Shown here one piece after another: positions 20,279 to 29,397 of a stretch of DNA of 64,000 bases; the first letter of the stretch is position 1, and every line of letters begins with the position of its first letter. The notes below the pieces were generated by a model. That model was not told the origin of the DNA. It ran no database searches and saw only the letters and a program-made list of their open reading frames with translations. This DNA is from Candidatus Omnitrophota bacterium (GTDB lineage Bacteria; Omnitrophota; Gorgyraeia; Gygaellales; Profunditerraquicolaceae), in NCBI GenBank assembly GCA_041653115.1, contig JBAZGA010000006.1, positions 734-64,733 on the forward strand, read 5' to 3'. The translations under genes and the position numbers were made by a program.

Positions 20279-21373
20279 TTAAGCTTTATCCATCAGTTTG
20301 GTGAATTTTTCAAATAAATAACCGGCATCGCGGGGGCCGGGTCCTGCCTCCGGGTGGTATTGCACGCTGAATAGTCTCAATTTTTTATTCTCCATCCCTT
20401 CAGGCGTATTGTCGTAGAGGTTTATATGCGTCATCTCGGTATTCTTTCGCGGAATGCTTTTGATATCCACGCAAAAACCGTGGTTCTGCGCGGTAATGGC
20501 GACCCTGCCGGTCTTTAAATCCTTAACCGGGTGATTCCCGCCGTGATGGCCGAATTTCAGTTTATATGTTTTCCCGCCCAGGGCCAGCCCGAGCATCTGA
20601 TGCCCAAGGCAAATCCCGAATATCGGCACCCTGCCGATTAATGCGCTGGTGGTCTTAATCACATAAGTGACTGCTGCCGGGTCGCCTGGGCCGTTAGACA
20701 ACAAAACGCCGTCGGGCCTTAGCTTAAGGATTGCTTCTGCGGGAGTCTCAGCCGGTAGAACGCGCACGCTGCATCCGGCAAGCGCAAGATTACGCAAGAT
20801 GTTAAATTTAATCCCGCAGTCTAAAGCCGCCACCTGATAACGCGCTTTCTTTTTTGCTGGTGCGGTATTCTTCCAGTCATAAGGCTCTTTGCAGCTAACT
20901 TCTTTGACCAGATCCCTGCCAAGCAATTTAGGCGCTGCTTTAAGCTTCTCCATCAGGCTTGCCAGGTCAAAATCCCTGGTAGAGATTACGCCTTGCATCG
21001 CGCCCTCTAAACGGATGTGCCGGGTGAGCGCGCGCGTATCAATACCCTGGATACCGACGATATTATTTTTCTTCAGGTAATCGCCCAGTTCCATATTGGA
21101 GCGCCAGTTTGAGCGGATGGCGCTTAATTCCTTAACTATAAAACCTTCAACCCAGGGCCTCGCCGATTCTACGTCCTGGTCATTGACGCCGTAATTACCG
21201 ATTAGAGGATAGGTCATGGTCACAATCTGGCCCTTGTAAGAGGGGTCGGTAATTATCTCCTGATAACCGGTGATAGAAGTATTAAAAACCACTTCGCCAA
21301 AAGCCTCGCCCTGGCTGCCAAAATTCTCTCCCCTAAAACTCGTTCCGTCTTCTAAAAGGAGTATCGCCTTCAT
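20279..21373 (-). CDS. carA: Carbamoyl-phosphate synthase small (glutaminase) subunit
   Basis: 364 aa with the class-I GATase triad region GICLGHQ. Confidence 0.9.
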   Translation of the reverse strand: MKAILLLEDGTSFRGENFGSQGEAFGEVVFNTSITGYQEIITDPSYKGQIVTMTYPLIGNYGVNDQDVESARPWVEGFIVKELSAIRSNWRSNMELGDYLKKNNIVGIQGIDTRALTRHIRLEGAMQGVISTRDFDLASLMEKLKAAPKLLGRDLVKEVSCKEPYDWKNTAPAKKKARYQVAALDCGIKFNILRNLALAGCSVRVLPAETPAEAILKLRPDGVLLSNGPGDPAAVTYVIKTTSALIGRVPIFGICLGHQMLGLALGGKTYKLKFGHHGGNHPVKDLKTGRVAITAQNHGFCVDIKSIPRKNTEMTHINLYDNTPEGMENKKLRLFSVQYHPEAGPGPRDAGYLFEKFTKLMDKA

Positions 21374-21822
21374 CTTAATAATGCCTTTACTTCGGCCACT
21401 GCCTCATCCACAGTCTTTACCTTAATTAGCCCTGGGATATCCCAAGAGCCCAAGCTTATTACCGGTATCTTAAATTGTAAACAATAGGCAATTTCTGAAA
21501 GAGTCCCGGCTTCTCCGGGAAGTGCTACCACCACATCTGCGCTCTTGACCACCAAGACGTTTCTGGCTAAACCTAAGCCGGTGGGAAGCGCGATATCCAC
21601 GAATTCATTGGCGTCCTTTTTGTCGTAACTTGGTATAATACCTATAGTTAATCCGCCTTCCGCCTTAAAGCCAGAGCAAACCGCCTTCATCGTTCCACTC
21701 AAGCCGCCAGAAACAAGAATATTAACCACTTTAGCCAGTTTTTTACCTAAATCATGGGCAATTTGCTCCACTTCTTTCGTAGGATTATGCCCACCAATGA
21801 CACTGACTACCCTTTTACGCAT
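21370..21822 (-). CDS. LOG/TIGR00725-family Rossmann-fold protein (SLOG)
   Basis: The SGGLSGTMKAV and LPGEAGTLSEI motifs correspond to the GGxGxM and PGGxGTxxE signatures of the LOG family. Confidence 0.65.
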   Translation of the reverse strand: MRKRVVSVIGGHNPTKEVEQIAHDLGKKLAKVVNILVSGGLSGTMKAVCSGFKAEGGLTIGIIPSYDKKDANEFVDIALPTGLGLARNVLVVKSADVVVALPGEAGTLSEIAYCLQFKIPVISLGSWDIPGLIKVKTVDEAVAEVKALLR

Positions 21823-21921
21823 ATATTTTTCCTATCGAACAGCTATTTTGCGGGTGGCTTGGGTGTTTTCGAGCCACGTGATGCGGCGAGAAAATACCCA
21901 AGACAGGACCCGCAACATATC

Positions 21922-21950
21922 AAGCGCGCCTGGACAGAGTCGAACTTGTC
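21922..21950 (-). repeat. Partial direct duplicate of the tRNA-Arg 3' end (T-arm plus acceptor 3' strand), without a matching 5' half
   Basis: aagcgcgcctggacagagtcgaac occurs at 21922-21945 and again at 22069-22092 (24/24 identical, followed by t/-tgtc). No GCGCCTG 5' acceptor partner lies upstream of the first copy. Confidence 0.7.
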
Positions 21951-21970
21951 GCTCGCCTGTGCTCGCTCCT

Positions 21971-21996
21971 TAAGAGGGGGCATGCCCCCTCTTAAT
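21971..21996. repeat. Perfect 26-nt palindrome TTAAGAGGGGGCATGCCCCCTCTTAA, flanked by further C5/G5 hairpins (GTGGGGGA...TCCCCCAC and CTTACAG...CTGTAAG)
   Basis: Read directly from the sequence. It lies inside the 123-bp segment bracketed by the two tRNA-Arg 3'-end copies. Confidence 0.8.
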
Positions 21997-22071
21997 GTTC
22001 TCCCCCAAACGTGGGGGACATCTCTTTTCCCCCACACCCCCTTACAGTTCGCCTCTGTAAGAGTAATTAAG

Positions 22072-22143
22072 CGCGCCTGGACAGAGTCGAACTGTCACAC
22101 CTGGCTCCGGAGGCCAGTGCGCTATCCATTGCGCTACAGGCGC
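22072..22143 (-). tRNA. tRNA-Arg (anticodon CCG)
   Basis: Minus strand: GCGCCTG TA GCGC AATGGATA GCGC A CTGGC CTCCGGA GCCAG GTGT GACAG TTCGACT CTGTC CAGGCGC G. Anticodon loop CTCCGGA. CCA is not encoded. Confidence 0.8.
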
Positions 22144-22152
22144 ATCTATAAG

Positions 22153-22659
22153 TTATATCCGCTGTGTCCCCGGAGGGGACAGGCGCATTGCTGCTTTAAT
22201 TTCAGAAAGAACCAATTCTTTATTTTTAACTTTAAATTGCTGAATAGAAAACCGCTGGAAACTTTTGGCGCCTTTTTGCGCTAAAATATCCTGCATATAA
22301 TTAAGACAGCGATTATTGCCTGTACCGCTACCGTAGGTAGTAAATAAGACTATTTCTTTACCTGCTGCGCCAAGGCATTTATCCAGGTACGTATTCATTG
22401 CCGGCGCCGGCCCAAATGCCCAAACCGGCGTGCCAAAACAAATTAAATCATAAGCGCCTAAATCAAAATTCACGCTTTCAAGTTCGGCCCTGCTACGCGT
22501 AAAGGCACGGCGGCACTGTCCGAAAAAAGAGCCTGCTTCATCCGCCGCCTTTAATTCAATTTCTGTTACTCCGCCCTTCTGGCTTAAGTACCCGCAAAGG
22601 GTTTGCGCCACTTTTCGGGTATTCCCGCTAAAAGAATAGTAAATAACTATACTTTTCAT
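22153..22659 (-). CDS. Flavodoxin-like FMN protein
   Basis: The N-terminus IVIYYSFSGNTRKVAQ carries the flavodoxin phosphate-binding loop. 168 aa. Confidence 0.7.
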   Translation of the reverse strand: MKSIVIYYSFSGNTRKVAQTLCGYLSQKGGVTEIELKAADEAGSFFGQCRRAFTRSRAELESVNFDLGAYDLICFGTPVWAFGPAPAMNTYLDKCLGAAGKEIVLFTTYGSGTGNNRCLNYMQDILAQKGAKSFQRFSIQQFKVKNKELVLSEIKAAMRLSPPGTQRI

Positions 22660-22677
22660 GACGGCAAAATTTTATGT

Positions 22678-22968
22678 TTAATAGGCGGTCTCCGCCACTA
22701 TTTCGCAACCCACAATACTGCCTATCACCTTGCTATACTCTAAGTCCTCTATAAGCTGCTCAAAACCCCGCGTCTGTCCGCCATTGAAGCCATTTATAGT
22801 GATACTGGCAATATAAAGGGGCCTTTTTTTCAGGTATAAGAATATCCGGAAAAGTACAGCCTGATAATTCTGGAGCGATGCGTTGGTTATTTCTCCGTTT
22901 ATCACCAGCCGGTCGCCGTTAGCCTGTTTTTTAAAAGTGACGTTAGAATAATGAAAGTGTTTTAACAT
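22678..22968 (-). CDS. Hypothetical protein (96 aa)
   Basis: ORF only. It sits between the flavodoxin and the PHP-domain gene on the same strand, and I recognise no family. Confidence 0.35.
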   Translation of the reverse strand: MLKHFHYSNVTFKKQANGDRLVINGEITNASLQNYQAVLFRIFLYLKKRPLYIASITINGFNGGQTRGFEQLIEDLEYSKVIGSIVGCEIVAETAY

Positions 22969-22972
22969 AAAA

Positions 22973-24211
22973 CTAAAAAAGGCTGAGCTGCTTTTCGCCG
23001 TCTGAACTCTTTTCCGCTGGGCCGAAAAGAGAAATCACGCCGTATTCTCCGTCAAAGCCCGCCCGGATATTCACCTTTCCTTCGCGCATGCGCAAAACCC
23101 CTTCGGCAATGCGGGGGGAGAGGCCTTTAAGCAGCTCTTCCCTCGGCGCCCTCATCAGGATTTCAAACTCGCTGCCGAATTTGGCAATCGCGCTGCGGTA
23201 GTCTTTTTCTACGGCCAGAGAGCTTTTACCGATGCCCTTTGCTTCGGCAATAATTTCATCCAGGGGGATCAGGCTTTTGTATGGTATGGCATTGGCCGGC
23301 TTATAGCCCTCGGGCCTGTCTGCAAGCTGCTCCACGCGGTTCATTACGCCTACGGTAACGGGCTTGCCGCATTTGGGGCAGCGGCCGTGATTTTGCCTGG
23401 TTTCTTGAGGCGATAACCTCGCTTTACAGACCCGGTGTCCGTCAAAATGATATTTACCCTCTTCAGGAAAGAACTCAATGGTATATAAGAATCTTTTTTT
23501 ATCTTTAGTCATTAATACTTCTCTGATGGTTTGATAATTCAGTTCGCAATCAAACACATTCGCCTCGCGCCCGAGTTTTTGCGGCGAGTGGCTGTCGGAG
23601 TTACTCACCAAGGTGTATTTATCTAAAGCGGAGAGCCGCCAATTCATCGCCGGGTCGGAAGAAAGTCCGGTTTCCAGGGCGAAAATCTTCGGCGTCTGGC
23701 CTTCAAAACAATCCTGGATTTTATCGAAGCCGGACATGGAGCCGAAGAGAGAAAACCACGGCGTCCAGATGTGCCCGGGCACAACCATGCAATTCTCGTC
23801 GATGTCAAAAATAATCCGCGCCAGTTCCGCGGCATCCAGGCCTAAAATCGGCCTTCCGTCGCTGGCTAAATTTCCGTAACGGGCGAGCGTCTCATTGATT
23901 TTATCGGTAGTCTTAAAAGAGGGGCTCAAAACCATATTGTGTATGCGATAACCCCGGCCCTTTTTGGAATAAATGCTGCTGATTTCCGCGCTGAGAATAA
24001 AATAAACATCGCCGTATTTAAATAAGCCGTTCCCCAGGTCTTCTAAATTATGCTTTAACTCTTCCAGCCATAAATGGTGGGTAAAATCTCCGGTGCCGAT
24101 TAAGGTAATCCCTTTTAATTTTGCCCACTCGGCGATCTGTGCCACCTCCATATTCCTGCTGGTGGCGCGGGAATATTTAGAATGAATATGAAAATCCGCG
24201 ATAAATTCCAT
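22973..24211 (-). CDS. PHP-domain protein of the EndoQ / TIGR00375-like family (putative endonuclease for deaminated bases)
   Basis: N-terminal PHP motif MEFIADFHIHSKYSRATS and a C-terminal zinc ribbon C..C...CPKCG. Its length matches EndoQ. The most likely start is the Met 19 codons inside the ORF-track start, which abuts the upstream Mut7-C gene. Confidence 0.5.
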   Translation of the reverse strand: MEFIADFHIHSKYSRATSRNMEVAQIAEWAKLKGITLIGTGDFTHHLWLEELKHNLEDLGNGLFKYGDVYFILSAEISSIYSKKGRGYRIHNMVLSPSFKTTDKINETLARYGNLASDGRPILGLDAAELARIIFDIDENCMVVPGHIWTPWFSLFGSMSGFDKIQDCFEGQTPKIFALETGLSSDPAMNWRLSALDKYTLVSNSDSHSPQKLGREANVFDCELNYQTIREVLMTKDKKRFLYTIEFFPEEGKYHFDGHRVCKARLSPQETRQNHGRCPKCGKPVTVGVMNRVEQLADRPEGYKPANAIPYKSLIPLDEIIAEAKGIGKSSLAVEKDYRSAIAKFGSEFEILMRAPREELLKGLSPRIAEGVLRMREGKVNIRAGFDGEYGVISLFGPAEKSSDGEKQLSLF

Positions 24212-24213
24212 GG

Positions 24214-24663
24214 TTAAGCGATTTCCTCCAGTATCCGCGCAACATTCCCCCAATGCGTCCCCGGCCAATAAATCCGTTTACACTGCGGGCAGGCCAGAAA
24301 GGCCTCCTGCGTCTGGAAGACATATTCCGGGACCTTGTCTTTTGCTGCGGGCTTGCTGATTTCCGCTAATAACTCGTTACAAATTGTGCAGCGGTTAAAC
24401 ATCGTTTTTTTATCCGGTCTGATTTTCAAGGCCCTGGATATTTCCGGGATCTGTTCTCGGAGCCTTTCACTTTTTAACAATACAACCTTTATCCCGGAAG
24501 GCTTACTCAGGCGGTGGTTGCGGGTAATAATCACGCGGTCATCGCGCAGCGCCCGGATAATTAAAGAGCCCGGGTTGTCTTCTTTGGAATAAACAGTGTC
24601 CAGCCCTAAAATCCTCAGCCATTTGGCGAGCCTGCCCAATTCTTTAGTGAGGATGAGCTTCAT
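24214..24663 (-). CDS. Mut7-C (DUF82) PIN-like RNase-domain protein
   Basis: N-terminal PIN-like region and a C-terminal CTICN...CPQCKRIYWPGTHW zinc ribbon, characteristic of the Mut7-C family. Confidence 0.65.
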   Translation of the reverse strand: MKLILTKELGRLAKWLRILGLDTVYSKEDNPGSLIIRALRDDRVIITRNHRLSKPSGIKVVLLKSERLREQIPEISRALKIRPDKKTMFNRCTICNELLAEISKPAAKDKVPEYVFQTQEAFLACPQCKRIYWPGTHWGNVARILEEIA

Positions 24664-25927
24664 AAACTATTTTGCCGGCGAGGATAGTATATTCTACCAC
24701 GCCTTTTAATTTCCTGCCCAGAAAAGACGAGTTTTTTGATTTGGAAACCAGGCTTTCTTTCGTTACTACCCATTCCTTTTCCGGCGATACAATAATCAAA
24801 TCAGCGTCCTTGCCCGGGGTCAAAGCGCCCTTATCTATCCCCAGTATTCTTGACGGCTGAAAGGCTAATTTTTCCACTAATTCGGACCAGGTCAGCCGGT
24901 TGCCGGCGATTAGTTCGCTGATGCTTACTGCCAGCTCGGTTTCTAAACCGACAGTCCCGAATTCTGCGCGGTCGAATTCAATGTCCTTTTCGTTTTCCGT
25001 GTGCGGGGCGTGGTCCGAGGCAATCGCGTCAATGCTGCCGTTTTTCAAACCCTCTTTTATTGCCTCAACGTCGGCCTGAGTGCGCAGCGGCGGATTAATC
25101 TTAAAATTTGTATCAAAACCCAGGAGAGCTTCTTCGCTTAAAGTAAAATAATGCGGGCAGGTTTCCGCCGTAACCTTAACCCCCTTCTTCTTGGCGCAGG
25201 CAACGGCCTCAACCGATTCTTTGCAGCTGAGGTGCGCGATGTGTATGGATGTACCTGCTTTTTTCGCCAGGGCGATATCTCTTTGCACGCGCTTATATTC
25301 CGATTCTTTAGAGATGCCCCTTAAACCCAGGCGCGTGGAAATCGCCCCTAAATTAACTACGCCGTCACCTGCCAGGGATTTATCAATACTGTGGCAGATC
25401 ACCAAAATCTTATTTGCCTTGGCTTTTTTCAGGGCGCTGAAAAAGAGCGCTTCATTATCTACGGATGCGCCATCGTCAGAAATCGCGACCGCGCCTTTTT
25501 GCCTTAGTTTAGCAATATCGGCCAATTCTTTGCCCTGCCTGTCTTTAGTAATCGTGCCGGCGATAAAGACATTGGCATGGGCGCTTTTTTTAAGCAACGA
25601 GTTAAGTAAATCCGCGCTCTCAGCGCAATCAATGGCAGGGGTGGTATTCGGCATTGCCAAAAGCGAGGTCACGCCGCCTTTGAGTGCGGCAAGGGTAGCG
25701 CTGGCAATGGTCTCTTTATCTTCCCGGCCGGGTTCCCGCAAATGCGTGTGCATATCCACAATACCCGGCATGACAATCTTTCCCGCGGCATCAATAGTTT
25801 TATCTGCCGCAGCCTTCATCTCTTTAGCGACTCTGCCGACCTTGCCATCCTCCGCTAAAATGTCATATATACCATCCAGCTTATTTGCCGGGTCAATTAC
25901 CCGGCTGTTTCTAATCAACAGCTTCAT
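24644..25927 (-). CDS. pyrC: Dihydroorotase
   Basis: [10 protein letters not shown] metal-binding motif. 427 aa, multifunctional-complex type. Confidence 0.9.
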   Translation of the reverse strand: MKLLIRNSRVIDPANKLDGIYDILAEDGKVGRVAKEMKAAADKTIDAAGKIVMPGIVDMHTHLREPGREDKETIASATLAALKGGVTSLLAMPNTTPAIDCAESADLLNSLLKKSAHANVFIAGTITKDRQGKELADIAKLRQKGAVAISDDGASVDNEALFFSALKKAKANKILVICHSIDKSLAGDGVVNLGAISTRLGLRGISKESEYKRVQRDIALAKKAGTSIHIAHLSCKESVEAVACAKKKGVKVTAETCPHYFTLSEEALLGFDTNFKINPPLRTQADVEAIKEGLKNGSIDAIASDHAPHTENEKDIEFDRAEFGTVGLETELAVSISELIAGNRLTWSELVEKLAFQPSRILGIDKGALTPGKDADLIIVSPEKEWVVTKESLVSKSKNSSFLGRKLKGVVEYTILAGKIVYEAHPH

Positions 25928-26864
25928 CTTTTAGTCCCTTTTCCTGCGCCTGGGCAACCAGGAACAACACCGCCATCCTTACGGCAATACCATTGGTTAC
26001 CTGCTCCAATATCACCGAATGCGCTCCGTCGGCAACGTCGCTGGAGATTTCAATCCCCCGGTTGAGCGGCCCGGGATGCATCACCAGGATATCCTTCTTT
26101 GCTTTTTCCAGCCGCTCGCCGGTAATGCCGAAATTCTTAAAATATTCCAATTGTTCGGGAAAGGCAGCTCCCGTGTCGCGCTCAAACTGCATGCGTAAAA
26201 CATTCACCGCATCAGCGTCTTTTAAAGCTTTATCGATATTGTCTGTTGCGCTGACACCCATCTGCTCAATCGCCGGCGGGATAAGCATCCTGGGCGCGCA
26301 GACAGTTACCCGGGCGCCTAATTTGGTCAATCCCCAGATGTTAGAACGCGCTACGCGCGAATGGGCGATATCGCCGACGATGCTGACGTTTAAGCCTTCT
26401 ATCCTGCCTAATCTTTCCTTGAGGGTAAAGATATCTAAAAGCGCCTGGGTAGGATGCTCGTGCCAGCCGTCTCCGGCATTGACCACGCTGATATCCACGT
26501 GCCGGGCAAGCATTGCCGAGGCTCCGGAATAGTTGTGCCTGACTACGATAATATCGGCTTTGAGCGCCTGGATATTCCTGCCGGTATCAATCAGGGTCTC
26601 TCCCTTCTTGACGCTGGAAGTCTCGGTGGCGATGTTAATCACGTCCGCAGAGAGCCTTTTGGCAGCCACTTCAAAAGAAACCCTGGTCCGGGTAGAAGGC
26701 TCGTAGAATAAATTGACCACGGTTTTCCCGCGCAGGGCGGGAACCTTTTTAATTTCCCGGGTAGAAACCTCTTTAAACGACTCTGCCGTCTCCAAAATCA
26801 GCCCGATTTCCTCCCGGCTTAAATCTTCCAGCCCCAATAAATCTTTTCTCTGCCAAGCGGCCAT
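25911..26864 (-). CDS. pyrB: Aspartate carbamoyltransferase catalytic subunit
   Basis: STRTR, HPTQ and HPGP motifs. 317 aa. Confidence 0.9.
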   Translation of the reverse strand: MAAWQRKDLLGLEDLSREEIGLILETAESFKEVSTREIKKVPALRGKTVVNLFYEPSTRTRVSFEVAAKRLSADVINIATETSSVKKGETLIDTGRNIQALKADIIVVRHNYSGASAMLARHVDISVVNAGDGWHEHPTQALLDIFTLKERLGRIEGLNVSIVGDIAHSRVARSNIWGLTKLGARVTVCAPRMLIPPAIEQMGVSATDNIDKALKDADAVNVLRMQFERDTGAAFPEQLEYFKNFGITGERLEKAKKDILVMHPGPLNRGIEISSDVADGAHSVILEQVTNGIAVRMAVLFLVAQAQEKGLKDEAVD

Positions 26865-26866
26865 CG

Positions 26867-27446
<580 letters not shown>

Positions 27447-27488
27447 ACGTTATGTCTCTTTTTATCTTCCCTCATCTCTTTCCCCTTG

Positions 27489-27507
27489 CCGGCTTCTCAA
27501 GAGCCGG
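27489..27507 (-). promoter_or_regulatory. Candidate PyrR-binding (anti-antiterminator) hairpin CCGGCU-CUUGAGA-AGCCGG in the pyrR leader
   Basis: A stem-loop ~45 nt upstream of the terminator. The loop (UCUUGAGAAGCC) partially resembles the PyrR binding-loop consensus (ARUCCNGNGAGGYU). Confidence 0.4.
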
Positions 27508-27533
27508 TTTAAAGGTTACTGCTATTTTCAGTA

Positions 27534-27562
27534 AATATACCACCGAAAGCCTGCTTTGTCAA
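27534..27562 (-). promoter_or_regulatory. Sigma70-like promoter for the pyrR operon (-35 TTGACA at 27557-27562, 17-nt spacer, -10 TATATT at 27534-27539)
   Basis: Read on the minus strand. It would give a ~120-nt leader. Confidence 0.5.
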
Positions 27563-27575
27563 GGCAATATTTTCC

Positions 27576-27604
27576 TTGATTTTGGCATATTAGGAGGTTA
27601 TACT
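27576..27604 (+). promoter_or_regulatory. Sigma70-like promoter for the divergent pilin-like operon (-35 TTGATT, 17-nt spacer, -10 TATACT)
   Basis: Read from the sequence. A GGAGGGG Shine-Dalgarno follows at 27610-27616. Confidence 0.45.
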
Positions 27605-27631
27605 TTATTGGAGGGGCTGATTTTTACGTTT

Positions 27632-28054
27632 ATGCAGAAAAGTATGACAGTAATTGAGGTTATAACAATTATAATAATAGTAGGCTTGCTTGCGGTAATC
27701 GCCTTCTCTAAATCTGACGATTTTGTAGAAGGTTACCGGGGCAAAGAAGCCGAAGAAAACCTTGACTTGATCCATAATGCTGAAAAAAGATACGCTCTTG
27801 CCAATGCCGGCGCGTATTTTATCTGTGCTGCCGCAGGCGGCAGCCCAAGCTGCCGGGAGCAGATGAAGCAAAAAACAGGTTTGGGGCTGGAGATTACAGG
27901 TTCCCGCTTTAATTATACTATTACTACTACCAGTGCCAAGAGAACCGATTTTACTGCCACTGCCACCAGGAAAAATGACGGCCCTTGCGCCGGCAAAACT
28001 ATGAGCATCACCCAGGATGGCGGGGCAGTACAAAAAGGATGTAGCGTATGGTAG
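27632..28054 (+). CDS. Type IV pilin-like protein with a non-canonical leader (Ser at -1)
   Basis: MQKS|MTVIEVITIIIIVGLLAVIAF has a hydrophobic helix with Glu at +5, then KEAEENLDLIHNAEKRYA in the pilin alpha1-C region, and 4 Cys in the C-terminal half. Start chosen at ATG 27632, since the ORF-track extension to 27344 overlaps the pyrR leader. Confidence 0.55.
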   Translation: MQKSMTVIEVITIIIIVGLLAVIAFSKSDDFVEGYRGKEAEENLDLIHNAEKRYALANAGAYFICAAAGGSPSCREQMKQKTGLGLEITGSRFNYTITTTSAKRTDFTATATRKNDGPCAGKTMSITQDGGAVQKGCSVW

Positions 28055-29373
28055 CATTTGTTTTGGCGTTTACCCTGCTGATCTCTCTGGTTAACCCGGC
28101 TTATGCCCAATCCGGCTCTATCAAATACCTGCCGCGTAACGAGGATATGGACACAAAGATAAAAAGCTATGGCTCCTCTCCCCGCACATTAAGAGAAATT
28201 ACCTGCGGCGATGCAATGCAAGCTTATTTTAACCGGGCTTCCGAGTGTAGTTACTGCGTGCAGGATTTAAAACCCGCCTGCCCTGACTGTTGCTTAGTCT
28301 TGACCCCCAGTAAAAGAGCAATCAGGTGCACTACCGGGGAAGACACAAGGTATGAAGCTTATGACTCTGCAAATGTTGCTTTCGAGTCTACAAATTGCCC
28401 GGCGCTGAATTACCCGGTTTATACTCCCAACTGGGACAATATTTGCAGCGACTGGAATAAATTTACCGACCATTGGGATACCGGCGCTTCGATGTCCAGG
28501 CAAAACCTCGTCCAACAGCGGGGCTGCCCTGGCTATCTTGATACCTATCCCCGGGCAAGTTTTAATACGGGAGATTGCCGGGGAGATTCCTGCGAAAGAG
28601 ATGACCGAGATGCCCTGCCCAGCAATGCAGGCTGTGCTTCCCGGGTTCCCGCTCAAGTTACTTCACCTTATCAATCGCTTCCCTGTTTTAATATCAGCCC
28701 TAATACCGACCCTGACTATCCCTGGGAATATGAACCGACCTCGGGGTTCATAGGCGCTAAAAATAAGTGCCTGAATTATACTAATACCTGGAATGCTTAC
28801 ACCAATATCCGCGAATGCTGCCGCAGGGTAGTCTGTTCTAGCAAGAACCCGCAACAGCCGGGATATGACCAAAATTGCGATAATACCTCCTGTCTCGTGA
28901 GAATTAATTCCTTCCCAGCCTGCGATGCATATACTGCTCAAACCTGCATCGAGCTCTATGATTCTGCGATAGATACCTTGCTGCAGAGCGAAAAAAGCGC
29001 ACAAGTATGTTTTAAGGAAATCGACCCGAGCTTCGTCTATTCTTTTGTAGCGAAAAGCCGGGAGTCAGTCACGGTCATCTGGCAGCTGAGCACTAAGCCT
29101 GCTTTTATCCCTGACGCGCCTACCTATTTCTTTAGCAAAATCAAGGTCTTTGAAAGGGACAGCGGAGCGCTCGTCCACGACAGTATAATTCACCAAAAAA
29201 GCTTAGACGCGGTATATTCGGTATTTTGCGCCACGCACATATCCGGCGATGTTTTAGAGCCGGGTAAAGCCTATCTGGTAAAACCATATTACTTCCTCCC
29301 CAAAATCACTGGGAAAGATTTAAGTATAGATGTAAATAGTATCACCCTGATCTGGATAAGGATCAGGGAATAA
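28048..29373 (+). CDS. Cysteine-rich secreted protein (441 aa, ~24 Cys) with no recognisable family
   Basis: Signal peptide MVAFVLAFTLLISLVNPAYA|QSG. The N-terminal two-thirds are Cys-dense (CPDCC, ECCRRVVC). The C-terminal ~120 aa look beta-rich. The start overlaps the upstream stop (ATGGTAG). Confidence 0.6.
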   Translation: MVAFVLAFTLLISLVNPAYAQSGSIKYLPRNEDMDTKIKSYGSSPRTLREITCGDAMQAYFNRASECSYCVQDLKPACPDCCLVLTPSKRAIRCTTGEDTRYEAYDSANVAFESTNCPALNYPVYTPNWDNICSDWNKFTDHWDTGASMSRQNLVQQRGCPGYLDTYPRASFNTGDCRGDSCERDDRDALPSNAGCASRVPAQVTSPYQSLPCFNISPNTDPDYPWEYEPTSGFIGAKNKCLNYTNTWNAYTNIRECCRRVVCSSKNPQQPGYDQNCDNTSCLVRINSFPACDAYTAQTCIELYDSAIDTLLQSEKSAQVCFKEIDPSFVYSFVAKSRESVTVIWQLSTKPAFIPDAPTYFFSKIKVFERDSGALVHDSIIHQKSLDAVYSVFCATHISGDVLEPGKAYLVKPYYFLPKITGKDLSIDVNSITLIWIRIRE

Positions 29374-29397
29374 CTGGGAATAACGGAGGTGAGAAAA

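Noticed and set aside
21843-22150. Looked for an integrase, excisionase or phage genes next to the duplicated tRNA-Arg 3' end to call a genomic island.
   Set aside because: No such genes lie within reach. The segment between the repeats is only 123 bp, so I report only an att-like scar or miniature element.
21754-22284. Plus-strand ORF of 176 aa and minus-strand ORF 21843-22037 spanning the tRNA-Arg locus.
   Set aside because: They overlap a well-formed tRNA and the palindromic repeat segment. Their translations are Pro/Arg/Gly-rich read-through of GC tracts.
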